DNA from: Campylobacteraceae bacterium
GTDB taxonomy: Bacteria; Campylobacterota; Campylobacteria; Campylobacterales; BB28
NCBI GenBank assembly: GCA_016744535.1
Contig: JADGEE010000004.1
Span: 917 to 64,916 of the forward strand
Length of the DNA: 64,000 bases
Direction of reading: 5' to 3'
The notes below the pieces were generated by a model, which saw only the letters and a list, made by a program, of their open reading frames with translations, ran no database searches and had not been told where the DNA came from. The translations under genes were made by a program, and so were the position numbers. Below are positions 58,023 through 64,000 of this stretch, piece by piece (position 1 is the stretch's first letter; every line of letters starts with the position of its first letter).

Positions 58023-58679
58023 ATGCATAAAAAAGAGGACGTAAAGAAAGCAAAAGAGTTATCAAAAAAATTTGTTAAAAGTGGTAGAGATTTAGATTTT
58101 TTTGAGGAGATTTACGCAAAATCAAAAACTAAAAATATACCTTGGGCAAGAATGAGTGCTAATCCAAATATTGTAAATTGGTTAGATAAAATAGATAAAA
58201 GTGCTAAAAAAGCTTTAAAAATTGGTTGTGGTTTAGGTGACGATGCAGAAGAGTTACAAAAAAGAGGCTTTGAAGTTACAGCTTTTGATATTTCTAATAG
58301 TGCGATAGAGTTATGTAAAGAGAGATTTTCTGAAAGTAAAGTTGATTATTTAGTAGGAGATATTTTAAATCCAAAAGAAGAGTGGATAGAAAAATTTGAT
58401 TTTATAGTGGAGGCTTATACACTTCAATCTATGCCAAAAAAGATGAGATTAAAAGCTATTGAAAATATTCCTAAATTATTAAATAAAAATGGAGAATTAT
58501 TAGTTATATGTGCAGCACGAAATGAAAATGATAACTTACCTGATACTCCTCCATATCCATTAATAAAAAAAGAAATTTTGCTATTTAAAAAATATGATTT
58601 AAATATTGTTAAATTTGAAGACTATATTGATAAAGATACAAGTTCAAGAAGACAATTTAGAGTCTTATTGAAAAAATAG
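58023..58679 (+). CDS. Class I SAM-dependent methyltransferase (TPMT-like)
   Basis: IPWA, IGCGLGDDAE, AFDIS, EAYTLQS, PPYPL. Confidence 0.85.
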   Translation: MHKKEDVKKAKELSKKFVKSGRDLDFFEEIYAKSKTKNIPWARMSANPNIVNWLDKIDKSAKKALKIGCGLGDDAEELQKRGFEVTAFDISNSAIELCKERFSESKVDYLVGDILNPKEEWIEKFDFIVEAYTLQSMPKKMRLKAIENIPKLLNKNGELLVICAARNENDNLPDTPPYPLIKKEILLFKKYDLNIVKFEDYIDKDTSSRRQFRVLLKK

Positions 58680-58681
58680 TT

Positions 58682-59749
58682 ATGCAGTTAGAAAACTTAT
58701 ATCCAGTTGATTTTAAAAAAATAAATTTACTTGATAGAAAAGTTAAAATTGAAAATACTAAAACCTTACTTTTAGGCGTTAAAGGAAGTGGAAAAAGTTC
58801 TGTTTTAATTAATTACTTAAAAGAGTTAAAAAAAGAGTTATTTTTATATATAAATTTTAATGATGAGAGAGTTAATAAAAAAGAGTTAGAAAAAAATTTA
58901 AATGAATTTATTATAAAAAATAAGATAGAGGTATTAGCTATTGATAATTTTGATTTTTCAATAAAATTACCTCAATTAAAAAGTACTGTTTTAACATCAA
59001 ATCAATTTAAAAGTTTAGATGGTTTTGAGATTAAAGAGCTTTTTCCACTTGATTTTGAAGAGTATATTCTCTTTGATAAAAGGCATCAAGAGGCAATTCA
59101 TAGCTTTAACTCGTTTTTAAAAGATGGAACATTTCCTAAGATTTACTTTACTCAACACTATGAAAAAGTGAGAGAAGCACAAAAAAATATTAAAAATTTT
59201 ACAGATAATGAAACAGAACTTTTAATTTTAAAACAGTTGATTTTATCGTCAGGTTTTATAATTTCTCCTTTTCAAATATTTACAACACTTAAAAAAAAGA
59301 TAAAACTTTCAAAAGATAAATTATATTATATAATTGATAAATTCAAAAAGAATAAAATTATATTTTTTGTAGATAAATTTAATCATCCAAAAGCTAATAA
59401 AAAACTCTATTTAATAGATTTTTCTCTAAAAAATGCACTAACTTTTAATAAAAATTTTTTAAAAGAGTTTGAAAATATGGTTTTTTTAGAACTATTAAAA
59501 AGAGATAAATTAATTTATTTTAGTGATGAGATAGAATTTTATTTACCAAATGAGAATCTAGCAATTTTAACAATACCATTTTTAACTCTAAATTCTATAA
59601 AAGAGAAAATTAAAAAAATTGAAAATAAACTCTTAATCTTAAAAATTAAAAAATTAAAAATTATTACAGTAAGTTTTGAATTAAATTTAAAAGAGAATAA
59701 TACTTTTATTGAAGCAATCCCCTTTTGGATTTGGGCAACTCAAGATTAA
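58682..59749 (+). CDS. AAA_14/DUF4143-type ATP-binding protein
   Basis: GVKGSGKS Walker A, PLDFEEY, KKLYLIDF, FENMVFLEL. Confidence 0.8.
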   Translation: MQLENLYPVDFKKINLLDRKVKIENTKTLLLGVKGSGKSSVLINYLKELKKELFLYINFNDERVNKKELEKNLNEFIIKNKIEVLAIDNFDFSIKLPQLKSTVLTSNQFKSLDGFEIKELFPLDFEEYILFDKRHQEAIHSFNSFLKDGTFPKIYFTQHYEKVREAQKNIKNFTDNETELLILKQLILSSGFIISPFQIFTTLKKKIKLSKDKLYYIIDKFKKNKIIFFVDKFNHPKANKKLYLIDFSLKNALTFNKNFLKEFENMVFLELLKRDKLIYFSDEIEFYLPNENLAILTIPFLTLNSIKEKIKKIENKLLILKIKKLKIITVSFELNLKENNTFIEAIPFWIWATQD

Positions 59750-59759
59750 CTATAAATAG

Positions 59760-60311
59760 TTAAGGGAGTCTATAAGCAATATCAGTAGATTTCCATCCAC
59801 TGCTATTTGCAGGATTAAACAATTTTACAGATAAAAATTTATTCCCAATATTAATTCTGCAACTCTTATCTTGTTTATCTAAAAGTCTATTCCAATCATC
59901 ACCACATTTAAATAACATTTCATTTTTATCTAATCTATTTTTAATTGCAATATAACTCCACTTTCCACTTTTACCAACAGCACCTAATATTAAAGAAGTA
60001 TCTCCATCAACCCTCTGCCAAAACCACTCTCTATTTTTATGTGTTATAGATTTATTACTTTTATTCCAATACTCATATATCTCTTTTGCTTTATCTTTGG
60101 TAATCTTTTTTAATGCTCTATTTGATAATTTTTTATTTTTTATTTTTATTTCAAAATATACAAATTCATCTTTTAAATTATCACTACTAACTAAGCTCTT
60201 CTTTACTTTTTTAGTCACTTCATAGTGTCCATTTACATACTCTGGACCTTGTGTAATTGTAAGTGCAAAAACATTTATTCCAACCAATAAAATAGTTAAA
60301 TATTTTGACAT
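59760..60311 (-). CDS. Hypothetical exported protein
   Basis: Signal-peptide-like N-terminus; no family recognised. Confidence 0.55.
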   Translation of the reverse strand: MSKYLTILLVGINVFALTITQGPEYVNGHYEVTKKVKKSLVSSDNLKDEFVYFEIKIKNKKLSNRALKKITKDKAKEIYEYWNKSNKSITHKNREWFWQRVDGDTSLILGAVGKSGKWSYIAIKNRLDKNEMLFKCGDDWNRLLDKQDKSCRINIGNKFLSVKLFNPANSSGWKSTDIAYRLP

Positions 60312-60376
60312 TAAATACCATCCTTATAATATATATAAAAATAATCGTAGCAAAAATTTACTAAATCTTGTATGAA

Positions 60377-61243
60377 CTATGCACTTATTTTTTTTTCTAA
60401 ATACTCTTTAATGATTTCATAAGCCTCTTTTATCTCTAAAAATTTTTTTTCATACTCTTTAATATTCTCTTTTTGATAATGTCTATCAGGATGATAAATC
60501 TTTACAAGTTTTAAATATTGAATTTTTATTAAATTTAAATCTTTTTGATTTTTTTCTATTTGAAGTATTTTATATGATTTTCTAAGCTTTAAAATATACT
60601 CTTTTGCTGAATCAATTTTTATTCTACTATCTTCTTTATAATCTTTTAGTAGAGATTTAATATAATTTTGTTCATAAAAGAATACAACTCTTTTTCCAAC
60701 TATGTTACTTCTATTTAATATCTCTTTTAAACTCTTAATAAATGAATCACTTTTAGTATTTAAAAAAATTTCGCTATTTTCTTTGTCAAACTTCATAATA
60801 TCACTTGAATGACATTGTCGTTTTAAAAAGTTTAAAATTATATTTGAAATCATAGACAATAAGTTATTTTGAATCTTTAAAATTAAAATATTAGGTCTAT
60901 ATTCAAAAAGTCTAATTGAGATAATATCTTGATTTACTTTATAAAATTCAATTGAAATTTTTATTTTTTGCTCGTAAGATTTTATAATTTTTTTAGCTAA
61001 ATTTGGATTTTTTTGAATAATTTTAGACTCTTTTACGACCCATTTAATAAGTTTTAATCTCTTAAACATCTCATTTTTAGAAGCTAATAAATTTGGAACT
61101 ATTGTAATAGTATCTATATCTATACTATACTCTTTAAAATTTTTTTGAATATAACTTTTAATTCTCTTTAAATTATCGCCTAAGCTATCTATATTTATAA
61201 CAATACTATCTTTTTCTAAGTTTATATTTAGCTTGTTATCCAT
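60377..61243 (-). CDS. Protein with C-terminal DnaJ (J) domain
   Basis: YLKLVKIYHPDRH...F..IKEAYE J-domain with HPD motif. Confidence 0.8.
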   Translation of the reverse strand: MDNKLNINLEKDSIVINIDSLGDNLKRIKSYIQKNFKEYSIDIDTITIVPNLLASKNEMFKRLKLIKWVVKESKIIQKNPNLAKKIIKSYEQKIKISIEFYKVNQDIISIRLFEYRPNILILKIQNNLLSMISNIILNFLKRQCHSSDIMKFDKENSEIFLNTKSDSFIKSLKEILNRSNIVGKRVVFFYEQNYIKSLLKDYKEDSRIKIDSAKEYILKLRKSYKILQIEKNQKDLNLIKIQYLKLVKIYHPDRHYQKENIKEYEKKFLEIKEAYEIIKEYLEKKISA

Positions 61244-61404
61244 AATTCCTCTTTAGAGTTTTTAATTTTTAAAGCAAAAAATATTCCATTATAAAAAATT
61301 TTGTTTGTAAGTTTTTTTATAAAATTTTGTTTGTATTAATGAATAATCTTTTATAATATATTTTAGAAAAGATTATATTGAAAATAAAATCTTAGGATGA
61401 GTAT

Positions 61405-62145
61405 ATGAAAAAAATTACATTATTGTTTCTTGTGGTATCTATGTTCACTATGATGTCTTATGCAGATGAAGAGTTTTTTGATGAATTTGAAGATGAGTTT
61501 TCAAATACACAAGTCCAAAAGATATTTGACCCTCTTAGTAGTTATAATGAAGTTATGACAGGATTTAATGATTTTATCTATACAGGTTTAGTTTTCCCAG
61601 TTTCAAGAGGTTATAAAAAAGTTGTAAATAGAAATATTAGAGTTGGAGTGAGTAACTTTTTTGATAATTTATCGTTTCCAATTAATTTTGTAAATAATAT
61701 TTTTCAACTGAAAATTAAAAATGCTTTAGAGGAGTTAGCTAGATTTTCTATAAATTCTACTTTTGGTTTATTTGGATTTTTTGACCCAGCAAAAAGAAAT
61801 TTAAGTTTAGAATCACATAAAGAAGATTTTGGTCAAAGTCTTGGATACTGGGGTATTGGTGGAGGGTTTCCTATCGTTTTACCAATTTTAGGACAATCAA
61901 ATTTAAGAGATAGCGTAGGTTTAGTGGTTGATAAGTATATTGATCCAATGAATTATTGGGATGATAGAAGTTATAATGTTTTTGATGACACGATTTCAAG
62001 TGTTAGTACAACGGCATTTAATATCTTAAATAAAAGCTCATTTGAAGAGCAAAACTATAAAAATCTAAGAAAAGATGCGTTAGAGCTTTATCCATTTTTT
62101 AGAGAAATTTATGAACAAAATAGAGATAAAAAAATTTCTGAATAA
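61405..62145 (+). CDS. mlaA: MlaA/VacJ family phospholipid asymmetry protein
   Basis: DPLSSYN..M..FND, RFSINSTFG..G.FD, EDFGQSLGYWG, LPILG.SNLRD. Confidence 0.9.
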   Translation: MKKITLLFLVVSMFTMMSYADEEFFDEFEDEFSNTQVQKIFDPLSSYNEVMTGFNDFIYTGLVFPVSRGYKKVVNRNIRVGVSNFFDNLSFPINFVNNIFQLKIKNALEELARFSINSTFGLFGFFDPAKRNLSLESHKEDFGQSLGYWGIGGGFPIVLPILGQSNLRDSVGLVVDKYIDPMNYWDDRSYNVFDDTISSVSTTAFNILNKSSFEEQNYKNLRKDALELYPFFREIYEQNRDKKISE

Positions 62146-62264
62146 TTACAAATAAGTTTAAATATTACAGATATATTACAACAGATTATTAATTTATTGT
62201 TAATAAATCATTAATTTTTCTGTGTTATTCTTCAAATCAAATAAAATTTGGAGGCAACACACAA

Positions 62265-64000
62265 ATGAATCTACTTTTAAAAACTTCAATTGCTTTAACA
62301 TTAGCTATCTCTCTTGGTTTATCAGAAGATAAAACATTAACCCTTGAGGATAGATGGAATTTAATATCAGTTCCAACAGATACAACAGTTTCTAGCGATT
62401 ATTTTAACTCTGATAAAGTATTAACATATAACAAAACTTGGAACTATAATCCAACTACTATTACAAAAGGTGAGGGAATTTGGATTAAATCAACTACAAA
62501 ACAGAATATCTCTTTTAGCGGAGATAGTTATAAACAAAATTTTAGTGATTTAGTTGAGGGCTGGAGTCTATTAGGTACTGGCGAAGATATAATATTATCT
62601 GATATATTTGATAGCGTTTGGACATTTGATGGTACTTGGAATCATAATCCAGAAATTATTAAAAGTGGGAAGGGATTTTGGGTAAAATTTACTCAAAGTT
62701 TTTCAAAATATATCTCAAAAAGTAGCTTTTCAACAACTCAAGTAGCAGATATATTAATAGATAATGCTGTAACTCACGAAGAAGATAACGATTATATTAT
62801 AAATGATTTAAATATTATTAATATTATATTAAGTGATAACTATATCTCTATTGATGATGAAAGTGTAGCAACTATTAATGGAAATAGTATAATAATTACA
62901 TCTGCAGGAGTATATAATATTAGTGGTACTTTATCAGATGGTCAAGTTATAGTTAATACACTAGATGAAGAGGTTGTTAAAATTATCTTAAATAATGTTG
63001 ATATAACTAGCACTACTGATGCTCCTTTTTATATAGCAAGTGCAAACAAAACTATTTTAATGTTAGCCGATGATTCAAAAAATTATTTAAGTGATAGTGA
63101 AAACAACAGCGAAAAAGGTGTTTTATTAAGTAAAGATGATTTAACAATTTATGGAAATGGAGCATTAAGTGTGACTTCTAATTTAAATGATGGGATTAGA
63201 AGTAATGATGGGCTTATTATAAAAAGTGGAAATATAACAGTAGATTCAGTTGATGATGGAATTCGTGGAAAAAACTATTTAATCATAAAAGATGGAGATA
63301 TTAATATAAATTCTAATGGCAGTGGTTTAAAATCTGATAATGATGAAAAAATTGATAAAGGTTACATCTTAATTGAAAATGGAGATTTAAATATTAACTC
63401 ATCAGAGGGTAATTGTATAACAGCACAAACTGATGTTTTAGTTACTGGTGGAGATTTTAACTTAATTTGTGATAAAGGTTTAAAAGCAGAAACTATTATT
63501 ATAGATAGTGGAAATTTTACAATTAACTCAAATGATGATTCACTTAATGCAACTAATAATATAGTTATAAATAGTGGAACATACAATATAACTGCAAAAG
63601 ATGATGGTATTCACGCCGATACTTCTATCGAAATTAACGGAGGAGAGTTTGATATATTAAACTCTTATGAGGGATTAGAGAGTCAATTAATCACTATCAA
63701 TAATGGATATATTAAGATAAAAGCAAGTGATGATGGGATTAACTTATCTGGGGAAAATAATAGTAGCAATGATTTTATGCCAAATAATGGAGATTTTAAT
63801 ATGAATGAGCCTCGTCCTGAAGGGGATTTTAATATGAATGAGCCTCGTCCTGAAGGGGATTTTAATATGAGTGAGCCTCGTCCTGATGGAGATTTTAATA
63901 TGACTCGCCCTAATGGTGGAGGTATGCAAGGTAGTGGAGATTATTACTTATATATTAATGGTGGTTATATTATTGTTGATTCAGATGGTGATGGCTTAGA
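62265..64000 (+). CDS. Exported Cthe_2159/DUF4353-like beta-helix carbohydrate-binding protein, 3'-truncated
   Basis: ATG after GGAGG; signal peptide; two N-terminal W-rich repeats; ITSAGVYNISGTLSDGQVIV, LILNNV-like IILNNVDI, SKDDLTI.G.G, DDGI repeats; frame open to the window end. Confidence 0.8.
   Translation, partial: MNLLLKTSIALTLAISLGLSEDKTLTLEDRWNLISVPTDTTVSSDYFNSDKVLTYNKTWNYNPTTITKGEGIWIKSTTKQNISFSGDSYKQNFSDLVEGWSLLGTGEDIILSDIFDSVWTFDGTWNHNPEIIKSGKGFWVKFTQSFSKYISKSSFSTTQVADILIDNAVTHEEDNDYIINDLNIINIILSDNYISIDDESVATINGNSIIITSAGVYNISGTLSDGQVIVNTLDEEVVKIILNNVDITSTTDAPFYIASANKTILMLADDSKNYLSDSENNSEKGVLLSKDDLTIYGNGALSVTSNLNDGIRSNDGLIIKSGNITVDSVDDGIRGKNYLIIKDGDININSNGSGLKSDNDEKIDKGYILIENGDLNINSSEGNCITAQTDVLVTGGDFNLICDKGLKAETIIIDSGNFTINSNDDSLNATNNIVINSGTYNITAKDDGIHADTSIEINGGEFDILNSYEGLESQLITINNGYIKIKASDDGINLSGENNSSNDFMPNNGDFNMNEPRPEGDFNMNEPRPEGDFNMSEPRPDGDFNMTRPNGGGMQGSGDYYLYINGGYIIVDSDGDGL
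63792..63902 (+). repeat. In-frame 33-bp tandem repeat (about 3.3 copies) encoding DFNMNEPRPEG
   Basis: GATTTTAATATGAATGAGCCTCGTCCTGAAGGG twice exactly, a third variant copy, then a partial copy. Confidence 0.95.

Noticed and set aside
63792-63902. 33-bp repeats as a CRISPR array
   Set aside because: Units are directly adjacent with no spacers, in frame within a CDS, and no cas genes are present.
3086-63929. Short ORF-track entries antisense to or overlapping long genes (e.g. 3086-3316, 7236-7424, 10504-10935, 12380-13256, 27333-27662, 41118-42173, 55631-55918, 63362-63929)
   Set aside because: Shadow frames of well-supported genes, with no motifs or SD; typical of AT-rich coding DNA.

Overview
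AT-rich chromosomal segment of a Campylobacterota (epsilonproteobacterial) organism, judged from the nif3-zinc ribbon-waaA-rluA, lptB-rpoN and folC-M23 gene orders. Housekeeping genes (rdgB, aroK, alaS, waaA, glyQ, typA, rpoN, lptB, miaA, folC, nspC, mlaA) alternate with accessory inserts. The main candidate for an undescribed system is a divergent cluster at about 39.4-56.4 kb. Its left operon encodes a diverged second NspC decarboxylase, an FGE-domain protein, an SDR with a non-canonical active site, two RaSEA/TIGR01210-like radical SAM enzymes, an unknown protein, a P1B-6-like ATPase lacking the metal-binding Cys, and a PP2C sensor. Its right operon encodes a DUF697 protein, a PvdE/YojI-type exporter, an SPFH protein, two solute-binding proteins, a small membrane protein and an orphan secretin. 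Other notable items: a lodB-lodA (CTQ oxidase) cassette between gtrB and gtrA; a tandem PRTase-like protein plus a 4-TM protein inserted into the glyQ-nif3 operon; a HincII-type R-M pair beside a solitary CcrM/HinfI-like methylase; a 214-bp ISHp608-like mini-element that keeps only its ends and the tnpB tail/omegaRNA region and splits a terminator; apparent ATT start codons in waaA and miaA; and an orphan lsrK. No rRNA, tRNA or CRISPR array was seen. All family assignments come from motif recognition without database searches.
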